Assembly: GCA_041483895.1 (NCBI GenBank)
Contig: JBGPGO010000001.1
Location: 320,001 to 384,000, forward strand
Direction: 5' to 3'
Source: Fimbriimonadia bacterium
GTDB lineage: Bacteria > Armatimonadota > Fimbriimonadia > Fimbriimonadales > JABRVX01
Length of the DNA: 64,000 nt
Part shown: in pieces, positions 1 to 9,379 of the stretch
How the letters are laid out: every line of letters begins with the position of its first letter
Numbering within the stretch: position 1 is the first letter of the stretch
Position numbers and translations under genes: made by a program
The notes under the pieces: generated by a model
Database searches by the model: none
The model's input: only the letters and a program-made list of their open reading frames with translations
Told to the model about the DNA's origin: nothing

Positions 1-386
1 TTGGTGAGTGTCTGCTCGGAGTTTATGGTTGTGGTTTGCACCCGCTGATCGACCCATTGCGTCACCTGATCGACGAACGGCATCACCCAGAAGATGCCTT
101 GGGAGTGGGTCTTTTTGAATTTGCCAAATCGGAGTACGACAGCCTTCTCCCAAGCCGACGCCACGCGGAGACCGCTTGTGAGGAAGAAAGCGAGAAAGGC
201 GGTCAAGACCGCCGGCCATAAGCCAATCGGGTTAAACACCGTTCCCATCCCGGTAATAACGATGGCAAAGGCGGCAACGGTGGCCACGACGCCAAGAAAG
301 CTGAAAACCACCTGGATCGGATGGGGAGTGTGCGACCCCGAGGGCGCCTGCATGAGCGCGCTGTACTGCTGTTTTTGTGTAATCAA
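1..386 (-). CDS. SPFH/band-7 (stomatin/slipin-like) membrane protein, 3' end runs off the window
   Basis: Not in the ORF track. Hand translation from TTG (TTGA overlap with the GntR stop, GGAGG upstream) gives two hydrophobic segments, then LRVASAWEKAVVLRFGKF...GIFWVMPFVDQVTQWVDQRVQT...EQTLTK, a typical SPFH N-terminus. Confidence 0.85.
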   Translation of the reverse strand, partial: MITQKQQYSALMQAPSGSHTPHPIQVVFSFLGVVATVAAFAIVITGMGTVFNPIGLWPAVLTAFLAFFLTSGLRVASAWEKAVVLRFGKFKKTHSQGIFWVMPFVDQVTQWVDQRVQTTTINSEQTLT

Positions 387-763
387 CTCAATCCTCCATT
401 TCCCAATTCGCGGATGACCGCGATCAAATCCTCTTGCGAATAGCCCAAAGACACGGCTTCCATGAGGGCCGTCTCGCCCACACCGATCAGTTGCCGCTTT
501 TGCCGCTCCCCTGGCTTCTGTTTCGGCATGCCTCCGACAAATGTCCCTACGCCCTGCCTGCTGACGATGTAGCCGGTCTGATCTAGCTCCCGAAACGCCC
601 GCGCAACTGTATTTGCATTGATCTTGAGATCGATGGCAAATTGGCGGACCGTCGGGAGCCGCTCGCCAGTCTGCAGCCTACCTGTTAAAATGGCGAGGCG
701 CAATTGATTGACGATCTGGGCATAGAGCGGCAGCGGTGCGTCGGGGCAGATTTCGATCTTCAT
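383..763 (-). CDS. GntR family (YtrA-like) transcriptional regulator
   Basis: PLYAQIVNQLR...GERLPTVRQFA...NANTVARAFRELDQTGYIVSRQGVGTFV winged HTH with a short C-terminal domain. Confidence 0.93.
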   Translation of the reverse strand: MKIEICPDAPLPLYAQIVNQLRLAILTGRLQTGERLPTVRQFAIDLKINANTVARAFRELDQTGYIVSRQGVGTFVGGMPKQKPGERQKRQLIGVGETALMEAVSLGYSQEDLIAVIRELGNGGLS

Positions 764-767
764 GGCT

Positions 768-789
768 TTGTTCTACATAGGCAATACAA
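768..789. promoter_or_regulatory. Imperfect palindrome, candidate GntR/YtrA operator
   Basis: TTGTTCTACATAGGCAATACAA (TTGT...ACAA ends) directly upstream of the GntR start, in the divergent gntR/pruA gap. Confidence 0.35.
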
Positions 790-866
790 TTTTCACGGCC
801 GACAGGTTGCGATTGCGGGGTGGAGGTAAAATTCAGGTTGCAAATTCTGTTAGGAGAGACCTACCC

Positions 867-2411
867 ATGCTCACCCCATACCGCCCGGAACCCTATCCAG
901 ACTTCACTCAGCCCGAGCCGCAGGCCAAGATGCAGGAGGCGCTGGCGCTCGTCCAATCGCAGTTAGGAAAGGAATATCCGAACTGGATCGGCGGCCGCCA
1001 GGTCACCGCGTCGGAGAAGCTGCGATCGACCAACCCCGCAAAGCCGGACCAGCTGATCGGCATCTTCCCACGCATGGATGCGGATATGGCGACGCAGGCC
1101 GTGGAAGCGGCGGCGGCGGCCTATGAGACCTGGAGCCGGTTCCCTTACGACGCGCGGGCCAAGGTGCTTTTGAAGTGCGCCGCCATCATGCGCCGGCGGA
1201 TTTACGAGTTGTCCGCGTGGATGGTGTTCGAGGCGAGCAAGTCGTTTGCGGAAGCCTTTGGGGATGCGGCGGAGGCGGTGGACTTTGCCGATTGGTATGG
1301 GAGGGAGATGTTGCGATTGGGCGGACCGCAGCCGGTAGTTCCCATTCAAGGCGAGGACAGCGAAATGCGATACGTCCCGCTCGGGGTGGGGGTGGTGATT
1401 TCGCCGTGGAACTTCCCGCTCGCGATCATGTCCGGCATGTCGAATGCGGCCATCGTATGCGGCAACACCATTTGCGTGAAGCCTTCGGAGCAGACACCGA
1501 CCATCGCCTACAAATACGTGGAGATTATGCATGATGCGGGCTGCCCGCCGGACGTTCTCAACTTCATCACCGGGCCGGGGCGAATCGTCGGCAACACCAT
1601 GGTCAATCATCCGAAGACTCGCTTCATCGCGTTCACCGGATCGATGGAGGTGGGGCTGCAGATCAACGAGCAGGCCGCCAAGCCAAACCCGGAATGCAAG
1701 TGGATCAAGCGGACGATTTTGGAGATGGGAGGCAAGGATTTTGTTGCCGTGGACGAGACGGCTGACGTTGAAGAGGCGGCGACCGCCATCGTCCAGTCCG
1801 CGTTTGGGTTCCAGGGACAGAAGTGCTCGGCGGGCTCGCGCGCGATCATTCACAAGGATGTGTATGACAGGGTGGTGTCGATGGCGGTGGAGAAGGCGAG
1901 CAGGCTGACGATGGGCGATCCGGCGACCGGCAAGACGCTGGGGGCGGTGATCGACCAGGGGGCATACGACAAGATTTGGGGCTACATCGAGATTGGCAAA
2001 TCCGAGGGCAAACTGCTGCTTGGCGGAGAGAAGCCGGGAGGACCGGGTTATTTTATTCCGCCGACCATCTTTGGCGACGTGAGCCCGACGGCCCGGATTG
2101 CGCAGGAAGAGATTTTTGGACCGGTGCTTTCATGCATCAAGGCCAACGATTTTGAGGACATTATCAAGATCGCGAATGGAACGATGTTCGGTCTGACCGG
2201 CGCTCTGTTTTCCAAGAGTCGGGAGAGGTTGGAGAGAGGGCGGAATGAGCTGTTTTGCGGAAACCTGTATTTGAATCGGAAGTGCACCGGGGCGTTGGTT
2301 GGTGTGCAGCCGTTTGGTGGGTTCAATATGTCCGGCACGGACAGCAAGGCCGGCGGCCCGGACTACCTTCTGCTCTTCACCCAGGCCAAATCGATCAGCG
2401 AAAGGCTGTAG
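867..2411 (+). CDS. pruA: L-glutamate gamma-semialdehyde (P5C) dehydrogenase
   Basis: ALDH motifs ISPWNFPLAI, FTGS, LEMGGK, FGFQGQKCSAGSR, EEIFGP and QPFGGFNMSGTDSKAGGPDYL. Start moved to ATG 867 behind AGGAG. Confidence 0.93.
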   Translation: MLTPYRPEPYPDFTQPEPQAKMQEALALVQSQLGKEYPNWIGGRQVTASEKLRSTNPAKPDQLIGIFPRMDADMATQAVEAAAAAYETWSRFPYDARAKVLLKCAAIMRRRIYELSAWMVFEASKSFAEAFGDAAEAVDFADWYGREMLRLGGPQPVVPIQGEDSEMRYVPLGVGVVISPWNFPLAIMSGMSNAAIVCGNTICVKPSEQTPTIAYKYVEIMHDAGCPPDVLNFITGPGRIVGNTMVNHPKTRFIAFTGSMEVGLQINEQAAKPNPECKWIKRTILEMGGKDFVAVDETADVEEAATAIVQSAFGFQGQKCSAGSRAIIHKDVYDRVVSMAVEKASRLTMGDPATGKTLGAVIDQGAYDKIWGYIEIGKSEGKLLLGGEKPGGPGYFIPPTIFGDVSPTARIAQEEIFGPVLSCIKANDFEDIIKIANGTMFGLTGALFSKSRERLERGRNELFCGNLYLNRKCTGALVGVQPFGGFNMSGTDSKAGGPDYLLLFTQAKSISERL

Positions 2412-2419
2412 TTTCGGGC

Positions 2420-2445
2420 CCCTTCACAATGGGAATTGTGAAGGG
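2420..2445. repeat. REP-like palindrome, family A (CCCTTCACA...TGTGAAGGG)
   Basis: cccttcacaat-ggga-attgtgaaggg. Related copies at 46280, 46337, 50913 and 58271. Confidence 0.85.
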
Positions 2446-2456
2446 AGATTCGCATG

Positions 2457-2620
2457 GTAGCCGCGGTTCCTCACAGCGATATCCGTTCGAGCGCATACCA
2501 CAAGAACCGCGCAACCACGGCGCAATCGACGATATCAACGCGCGTCATCATTTCCGACCGTGTTACGCAGATTTTGGCGGCAGCATGCGAAAGGGAATCA
2601 GAATGAGAATCTGCGGCTAC
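2457..2620. repeat. GTAG-type inverted repeat pair (REPIN/MITE-like)
   Basis: gtagccgcggttcctca at the left end and tgagaatctgcggctac (reverse complement gtagccgcagattctca) at the right end, between convergent genes. Confidence 0.55.
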
Positions 2621-2665
2621 AGAGTGACTCGTCCCGAAGGGCGGGATCGGCGGGGCGGAACGGCA

Positions 2666-4540
2666 TCAAGACGATTGGGGAAAAGTGACGGCAACGCGCA
2701 TATCGTCCACGGGCCAAGGATAATCTTCCGTCGGCACCGGATTTGTGAGCATCTGCACGGTGGCGTGGGTCATGGCCACGCCACCGGGCGGGCACACCTT
2801 TTCCACGTGCGCCGCGATGTCAATGACCTGAGAAAAGCTAACTCCTTGCGCCTCCCCGGAAACGGAACCGGAATGGATGCCGATGCGCAACTTGAACGGC
2901 TCATCCAGCGTGTTCTGTCGCTCATTGAACTCGGCCAATCCCTGCTGAATGGCGAGGCCCGCTGCAAGTGCGTGATCCGGCTCCGGAAACGCGGCGATGG
3001 CGCCATCCCCGGCTGTGGAATGGATGACCCCATTGTTCCCGATCACTCTGTTGGCAATGTATCGATGGAATTCCGTAAACGAATACTCCACAGCGAGCGG
3101 GTCCGCGCCCTCTTTCAACTTCGTCGAACCCACAACATCGATCGACATGAAGATGGCGTTGCTGCTGCCTCGGTTGAGGGAAGAGCGCAGCTGTTCCAGC
3201 TCGTCCGTCAGCACCTTTTTGTCGTTTGCGGCCAGCCGCCGCTCGCGCTCCAGATTCTGCGCGTGCAGACCGGTGAGCGTTCCGGCCAGCAACGGCACGC
3301 CGGCAATGAGCAGCGACCACACGAAGTTAGCTCCGAGATGAGCCATGAGACCGGCGGCATTCGGAACGGACGCGAGTCCGTCCGCTTTTGGCGAGAACAA
3401 CGCTCCAACAACGTGCTGGGGAAGGTCTCCCAGCCCGCACATTACCGCCATCAAGAGACCGGTTTTGAGGCGGCCAACCAATGTGCCGAGGCTGAAGAGG
3501 AATAGGATGGCGGAACTTTGTATCAGGAGGAACAGCAAGGACTGAACCATGGCCAGCGTGCGACTATCGTGGCCCAGCCACTGCGCCCAGACCAAATTGA
3601 TCCCTAGCTGCAAGAAGCCGAATGCAACGGCGAACAAGAGCGCGGTGAGCCATAGCCGGGAACTGAAGAAAATCGCCCGTGGACTTTCTTTTGAAAAAAT
3701 GGTCCAGCTAATCGGCTCCTTTCCGGATTCCACGATTGGAGTCGGCGCCGCTTGACCGTTCTCTGTGCCTTCCAAACGTGTCGTCAACTCGAATACGCGG
3801 CGAATCAGTGTTTGGCGGTCGGCCTCTCGCTCGGCTTTCAACCGGCGGGAGGTCTCCGCGTAGGCTCCGGCTGTGGCGGCAAACCCGAACACGGTACCCA
3901 AGATCATGAACGCGGTTGCATAGGCGAGAACCAGGAGGAGGACGACATCCAGTGGAGATGCGATTGAATGCGATCGGACGGTCAGCGCTGCGATGAGAAT
4001 TGGCAACAGGATTACGATCGGGACTGCCGAGCCCGCCGCCGCCAACCGAAACGCGAGGCGGATGTTCGCGCTCCGATAGATAAGGCCGCCCTGCAGGAAG
4101 GCATATCCCGCCGCGATGAGGATGAGCATGGCGGTGCTGGCGATCTCCGCGGCCATCCCCGAATGAGACAGGAGGAAGGTCATAAGGGCGAGCATCACAA
4201 ACAGCACGCTGCAAACGATCAGATAGACGACGGTGAACAGAAGGCTTATCAGATACGGGTGTTTGGGGAAGAAGCGATAGAGGAAGTTGATGGGCAACGT
4301 CACCAACGCTTTCATCGCCTGGCCAAACGTTGGCCCTCTTCGATGGCTCGTCTTCTTGCCCTCGTGTTCGAATCGCAGCTTTACCGCGCTGCGCACCGTG
4401 CGGATATCGAGACCCGTCTCTTTGCTCAGATCCCGAATCTCAGCCGCGGTAGGGCGTACGCTGCGCCGCTCCAGCTCGGCGGCAAGCTGCAGCCAAGGGC
4501 TTAGAGACCCCCGCGGTTGTGTGCTCGAAAACTCTGTCAA
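2666..4540 (-). CDS. Multi-pass membrane protein with a C-terminal class III nucleotide cyclase domain
   Basis: Many TM segments, then IFMSIDVVGST, STAGDG, LRIGIHSG and VIDIAAHVEK. Confidence 0.85.
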   Translation of the reverse strand: MTEFSSTQPRGSLSPWLQLAAELERRSVRPTAAEIRDLSKETGLDIRTVRSAVKLRFEHEGKKTSHRRGPTFGQAMKALVTLPINFLYRFFPKHPYLISLLFTVVYLIVCSVLFVMLALMTFLLSHSGMAAEIASTAMLILIAAGYAFLQGGLIYRSANIRLAFRLAAAGSAVPIVILLPILIAALTVRSHSIASPLDVVLLLVLAYATAFMILGTVFGFAATAGAYAETSRRLKAEREADRQTLIRRVFELTTRLEGTENGQAAPTPIVESGKEPISWTIFSKESPRAIFFSSRLWLTALLFAVAFGFLQLGINLVWAQWLGHDSRTLAMVQSLLFLLIQSSAILFLFSLGTLVGRLKTGLLMAVMCGLGDLPQHVVGALFSPKADGLASVPNAAGLMAHLGANFVWSLLIAGVPLLAGTLTGLHAQNLERERRLAANDKKVLTDELEQLRSSLNRGSSNAIFMSIDVVGSTKLKEGADPLAVEYSFTEFHRYIANRVIGNNGVIHSTAGDGAIAAFPEPDHALAAGLAIQQGLAEFNERQNTLDEPFKLRIGIHSGSVSGEAQGVSFSQVIDIAAHVEKVCPPGGVAMTHATVQMLTNPVPTEDYPWPVDDMRVAVTFPQSS

Positions 4541-4650
4541 TTCCTAATCCCGTTCCTCATACGATTGACGCGGCCAATTGGTTTACCGGCCGGTTCAGTA
4601 TAAAGCTATACTGGTTCGATTCGCAACGGCTGAATGAGGGGGTTTCTCGC

Positions 4651-5811
4651 ATGTGGTCCTTTCTTTTGGTAGCGGCGCTGGTTCAGCAGGGGCAAAAGCC
4701 CGGCCCGATATTTCAACAGGTGATCCCGAATCCTACCGGGGAGAACGGATACGAGGAGTTCGTTATGGCGGCGGAGATGGTGACGAATAGCCGAGAATTT
4801 CAGATGACGCAGGATGTTGAGAACGGCCCCATCACCCTGAAGCAGAAACGCGCGGCTGTGACCGCGAACAAGAAAGCCCTGGACCTCCTGCGGTTTGGCC
4901 TACAAAAGAAGTCGTTTCAACCCAGGACAGAAATGACTGCGGCGACGCTGCTGCCGGAATTCGCCCAGTTTCGCAACATGGCCCGGATGTTGGCGATGGA
5001 GCAACAGGTGTTTTTGGCTGATGGGAGCCTTCCCTTGGCCCTCGACAGCCTTCGCGACGGCCTGCTCTTTTCACACCGCTTCCAAAGCCACATCCTGATT
5101 GGAGGCCTCGTTGGCTTGGCGTGCACCTCAATCATCATGCGGCCGATCTCGTTGCATTTGGAGCAGTTGGATTACCAGCACTGCAATCGGTTAATCGAAC
5201 ACGTCAAGACTGTCCTGGAAGAACCGAGTCCGGAACTGAGCCTAGTCGAAGGGGAGGCGAAGTTTGCGGACGAGGAATTGTCCGATCCCAAAACGCTTTT
5301 GGAGAATTTGCCATATTTGGCTGGGCCCGAGGAGGTTTCGCTCCGCAAGGCCGCCGAGGCCGGACCAGAGTATTTCGAGCAAGAAGCTGGCCGAGCCCGC
5401 TTGATTGCCCGGGATTATTTCGCCACGATCCGAGCGGAACTGGGCAAATCGATTTGGGAGCGGAACATTCCCGCCATGTCCGCGGCTGAAAACGACCCGT
5501 TGGCCAACCAGATCGCCGCCATGTTTCTGCCCGCATTTACAGTCGCGTTTTCCCGATTCGCGGAGTCCGATGCAAGGGTGAGGCTGCTCGCCACCCACGC
5601 CGGCATTCTCGCGCACCGGTGGTGGTTCGGGGAGCTGCCAAGCAGTTTGGATGTATTGAAACTGGGCGATCTGGCGATCGATCCGTTCAGCGGCAAGCCG
5701 TTCGTCTATAAACCGAGTGGGTGGAATTACAAACTATATTCCGTCGGGGCAGACAAAACGGATAACGACGGCAACGACGATCTGTTTTTGACCCGCGAAG
5801 GGATACGATAG
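4651..5811 (+). CDS. Hypothetical exported protein with a GspG/pseudopilin-like C-terminal motif
   Basis: Short signal-like N-terminus MWSFLLVAALVQQ. C-terminus LPSSLDVL...DPFSGKPFVY...YSVGADKTDNDG. Confidence 0.7.
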   Translation: MWSFLLVAALVQQGQKPGPIFQQVIPNPTGENGYEEFVMAAEMVTNSREFQMTQDVENGPITLKQKRAAVTANKKALDLLRFGLQKKSFQPRTEMTAATLLPEFAQFRNMARMLAMEQQVFLADGSLPLALDSLRDGLLFSHRFQSHILIGGLVGLACTSIIMRPISLHLEQLDYQHCNRLIEHVKTVLEEPSPELSLVEGEAKFADEELSDPKTLLENLPYLAGPEEVSLRKAAEAGPEYFEQEAGRARLIARDYFATIRAELGKSIWERNIPAMSAAENDPLANQIAAMFLPAFTVAFSRFAESDARVRLLATHAGILAHRWWFGELPSSLDVLKLGDLAIDPFSGKPFVYKPSGWNYKLYSVGADKTDNDGNDDLFLTREGIR

Positions 5812-5815
5812 AGAT

Positions 5816-8716
5816 ATGATGCTTTTCGCCCTCATCCTCTTCTCGCAGACCGCTTTCCGTGACTTTCCCGCCGCGTTTACCACTTACGGCGATGGGGACT
5901 GGGGCGTCCGCAATGGCCGCCTCGAACAGAGCAAGCCCGCCTACGATATCGCTGCCATTCAAAATAAGAAGCCATCCATGGCCGCCTTCGCTCTCACCGT
6001 GGTCTTTGAGCGATTGGGAGACGCGATGGGCGGCGGGCTGATGTTCAACTGCCGCAATAAGGACAAGAAAAACGATTCCATGATGGTGCGGCCGGATGGA
6101 GACAACCTCCTGTACGGCCACTTCGATGACGCCGGCGTCTTCCAGCCGTCCGGTTCGCCGGTGGTTACGACGAAGGCCGGAAAGAACACGCTGACAGTGG
6201 TCGCGGACAACGGCAAGGGCCGGTACAGCGTTTTGCTCAACGGCGTCCGGGTCGTCACGAACGCATTGCTCGACTACACCTCCGGCTATGTCGGCGTCAC
6301 ATCCAGCGGCGGGCCGCACGCATTCTATGATCTGCGTGTTGAGTCTGCTCCGGCGGCAGAGCTATCGGAGCTGACATCTTCCGTGATCCCCAGACCGGTC
6401 TCCGTCGCGGTCGGCGATAAGGTGTTGTATGTTCTGACGCATGATAACCCCCCGATTCAGGTGTGGAGCAAGGAGGGCAAACTGCTCCGAAAGATCGGAC
6501 CTGTGATGACCGGCCAACGAAAGATTGAGATCGTGGTTGATCCGGATGCACCCGGAAAGGGACGGTTGATTGTCGATTCCGAGAAACTGCTGTTGCTGGA
6601 CGCACAGAACGGCAAGACGCTGGCATCATCCAACCGGCCGGAAGATGCCGTCGGCGGTACCGTCGCCTACCTGATTCATACGCCGATGTATTGGTGGGTT
6701 TCGAAGGACAAGCAGCTCATCATGGACTATCCCGGAATGGCTCATCCGCGCCGCATACCGGTCCCGAAGCTCAACAAGCCCACGTGCATTGGATACCACT
6801 TTGGCAGGCTGTATGTGATGGATTCGGACACCGAGCATGGCAAGTTCGAGACCCACGTGTTCAATCTGGACGACAATCCGATTGGGGCTATTTATGATTA
6901 CTCGTTCAGCTCCTGGCTCGATCCGAAAAGTGTGGCGTTTTTGCCGAATGGCGACATGGTCTATTCCGGCGGACTGGGCTACTACGAGTCTGGCGGCACC
7001 ATTCGGGTCTTGCACATAGATGGTTCTCGCGTTGACAACACGTCGGTTTTCATGTACGGAACGTTAAGCCGCCGAGCGAGTGTGGCGACGGGAGCGGACC
7101 GGAAGATCTACGTCGCCGATCCAGACGCGGAAGCGGTGTATATTCTCGGAGAGGGTATGGTGGAGCCGCGGCTGTATGAGTCCGATCCGGATGTCCAACC
7201 GGGGCAGAATGGCAGCGATATCAACATTCGATGGTACAGCACCGTTGATACCGGCGGCATGGTTCGATATGGCAGGGAAGGCACATGGCACACCGTATCG
7301 GCGGAGCGTTCTGGAAAGTGGTGGTTCGCGACGTTGAAGGGGCTGCCGCCGAATACGCGGTATGACTACTACTTCAAGCCGGGACCGCGCATGCTTCCTG
7401 TTGTGCGCACGTCGCGAAAATACACGTTCCTCACGCCGCCGCCGCCCGGTAAACGGCAGGCGGTCGAAGTTAATATCCTGACCGCTATCTACCTAAAGAC
7501 CTTCGCCGATGGAAAGAACCACTACACCATCGGAGAAGAGGGCGTGCTGGACAAAGTCAAGAGAGAGTTCGCGAAGGGGCGTCTGTTCTATTGGCGCAAC
7601 AGCCGCTGCCGATTCCACATGAAAATGAACGACTTCGTGATCGTTCGCGACACAGAGGCGATCGTGAACGGCGGCTGGCTGGAGCCCAATCGCGCGAAGG
7701 CCGACCTCGCGAAGATGGGTGTCGACGCATCGAAATATGATTCTTTGGTGACTGTCTGGGCGGAGCCGGGATTCAACCCCAACACCGACGATGAATTGGG
7801 AGCGGTCGGCGGTGGGGGATTGACGCCGTACGGTTATTCGACGTTTGGAATCAATGGCCGCCTCGCATGGCTTCTGACGCATGAATACAACCACCAGGTG
7901 GATGCGTTCTACGATCGATCGGGATCGGTGAAGTATTGGCTCAACCATCCGGAATTCACGGTGCATCCAGGCCGGTTTGGGCAGCACTTCGATTGCAACG
8001 CATTCATTCTGCGTGAATGGCGGGATGATGAGTATTTCACCAACGAATTTGGCAAGATCATTTTGTATGATGATAAAGATGGGGACGGAATGCCAGATGA
8101 GGATGCAACTCTTCCGATGGACGAGAAGCGATTCGGGAGCGATCCGAAGAAGAAGAATACCGACGGGGACTGGCTGGACGATTTGGGCGAATTCATGGCG
8201 GGTATCTTTAGCGCGACCGATCCGACGGACCCAAAATCCGTCCGGTTGTATTCCTGCGATCCTGTCATCCTCCAGACGCCTATGGAGCGTCCAATTGAAT
8301 TGCGATCACCAAACACCGTCTATCCACCGGGGAGCGATCCATCGAAGGCGCCGGCCGGAAGTTTGGGAACGGTCGGCATCACATGGTCGTCGGGTGGCCT
8401 CGATCTCACTTTCCAACTCGCTGACTCAAAACCGTTCCGCGGGCAGATCGATTTCGACATGGACAACGACGGCTGGTTCACTGGCCACGATAATTTTGAA
8501 TTTGGCTTCGACACGGCGAACAGTTCCGTAAGGCCGCCTGGCGCTAGTTTGACTTCCTCGGGGTCGTCGTTCGTCTTCCACATTCCGGCGTCCAGTTTGG
8601 GAGTGGATACGCTGCAAGACGGGCACATGTTTGGGCTGCGGCTCCGTGTGGAACAGGATGGCAAGGCAGTTTCGGCATTCGATCCTTGGACGCTCGAGCC
8701 GTTTTATCTCAGGTAG
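5816..8716 (+). CDS. Large secreted multidomain protein (beta-sandwich, NHL-like propeller, FnIII-like domain, HExxH motif, DxDxDG repeats)
   Basis: Signal peptide; IYVADP propeller blades; LKGLPPNTRYDY FnIII-like segment; LTHEYNH; DKDGDGMPD and NTDGDWLDD. Confidence 0.75.
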   Translation: MMLFALILFSQTAFRDFPAAFTTYGDGDWGVRNGRLEQSKPAYDIAAIQNKKPSMAAFALTVVFERLGDAMGGGLMFNCRNKDKKNDSMMVRPDGDNLLYGHFDDAGVFQPSGSPVVTTKAGKNTLTVVADNGKGRYSVLLNGVRVVTNALLDYTSGYVGVTSSGGPHAFYDLRVESAPAAELSELTSSVIPRPVSVAVGDKVLYVLTHDNPPIQVWSKEGKLLRKIGPVMTGQRKIEIVVDPDAPGKGRLIVDSEKLLLLDAQNGKTLASSNRPEDAVGGTVAYLIHTPMYWWVSKDKQLIMDYPGMAHPRRIPVPKLNKPTCIGYHFGRLYVMDSDTEHGKFETHVFNLDDNPIGAIYDYSFSSWLDPKSVAFLPNGDMVYSGGLGYYESGGTIRVLHIDGSRVDNTSVFMYGTLSRRASVATGADRKIYVADPDAEAVYILGEGMVEPRLYESDPDVQPGQNGSDINIRWYSTVDTGGMVRYGREGTWHTVSAERSGKWWFATLKGLPPNTRYDYYFKPGPRMLPVVRTSRKYTFLTPPPPGKRQAVEVNILTAIYLKTFADGKNHYTIGEEGVLDKVKREFAKGRLFYWRNSRCRFHMKMNDFVIVRDTEAIVNGGWLEPNRAKADLAKMGVDASKYDSLVTVWAEPGFNPNTDDELGAVGGGGLTPYGYSTFGINGRLAWLLTHEYNHQVDAFYDRSGSVKYWLNHPEFTVHPGRFGQHFDCNAFILREWRDDEYFTNEFGKIILYDDKDGDGMPDEDATLPMDEKRFGSDPKKKNTDGDWLDDLGEFMAGIFSATDPTDPKSVRLYSCDPVILQTPMERPIELRSPNTVYPPGSDPSKAPAGSLGTVGITWSSGGLDLTFQLADSKPFRGQIDFDMDNDGWFTGHDNFEFGFDTANSSVRPPGASLTSSGSSFVFHIPASSLGVDTLQDGHMFGLRLRVEQDGKAVSAFDPWTLEPFYLR

Positions 8717-8803
8717 ACGCGGGCCAGCTTGCCGATACCCTTTCGTCCGCCGAATCCAAAGGCCCGCGTTTGACCACGGCGGAAGCGCCACAACGATTGG
8801 ATA

Positions 8804-9379
8804 TCAGAAATTCCCGCCTTCGTCACTGCCGCGGTGGATCTCCACCATTCGGCCGGCGTCATCGATCATCTTCATGACGCTCATACCCGGACCGGGGCCG
8901 CCACCGCCCTGCATCCGGCTGATCGCATCCTGCTGTTGTGGCGAAAGGTCCTCCCAATTCAGATAGCCGCGGTCATCCATCAGGTCCCATTGCTTTCGGT
9001 TCAGCATTCCATGAATGCCTTCGCTCGCCTTAATTCCTTGCAGATCGGTCTTCCCTTTTAGGATGTACTCGCCGTCCTTGCCCTCTTTCCACGTCGAGGA
9101 AGAGGCCTTGGCGATAGCCGCCAACAGTTCGCGTAAGGGCCTGTCGGTCCGCAGAGCATAGACATGGGCATCCTGTTTCGCCTTCGCGTTCATCGCCAGC
9201 TTGAGGCCAGTTTTCGTCGCGATCCCCTCCACAATCTCCGACAAAGATTGGCCTTTGATTGTGGTTTTGTACACTTCGTCGAACTTCGGGCTGCCGGCAA
9301 ACAGCTTGGAAGCCTCCGTCTGCCCATGCCCATAGCTGCCCAAGAAAATACCAATTGCTAATGCAATCCATTTATTCAT
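8804..9379 (-). CDS. Hypothetical exported protein, STN-like N-terminal domain (paralog of the next gene)
   Basis: Start MNKWIALAIG with ATGA overlap; LSEIVEGIATKTG...LRELLAAIAKA; GYLNWEDLSPQQQ. Confidence 0.7.
   Translation of the reverse strand: MNKWIALAIGIFLGSYGHGQTEASKLFAGSPKFDEVYKTTIKGQSLSEIVEGIATKTGLKLAMNAKAKQDAHVYALRTDRPLRELLAAIAKASSSTWKEGKDGEYILKGKTDLQGIKASEGIHGMLNRKQWDLMDDRGYLNWEDLSPQQQDAISRMQGGGGPGPGMSVMKMIDDAGRMVEIHRGSDEGGNF

Noticed and set aside
2255..3505. 416-aa plus-strand ORF, and similar long shadow ORFs (963-1853, 16878-18080, 19901-20893, 21991-23067, 27033-28082, 60922-62001)
   Set aside because: Antisense to well-supported genes, Arg/His-rich and without motifs; expected in GC-rich DNA.
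2666..4540. Pycsar/CBASS-type defence cyclase
   Set aside because: No adjacent effector gene, composition similar to the flanking genes, and a multi-TM sensor architecture.
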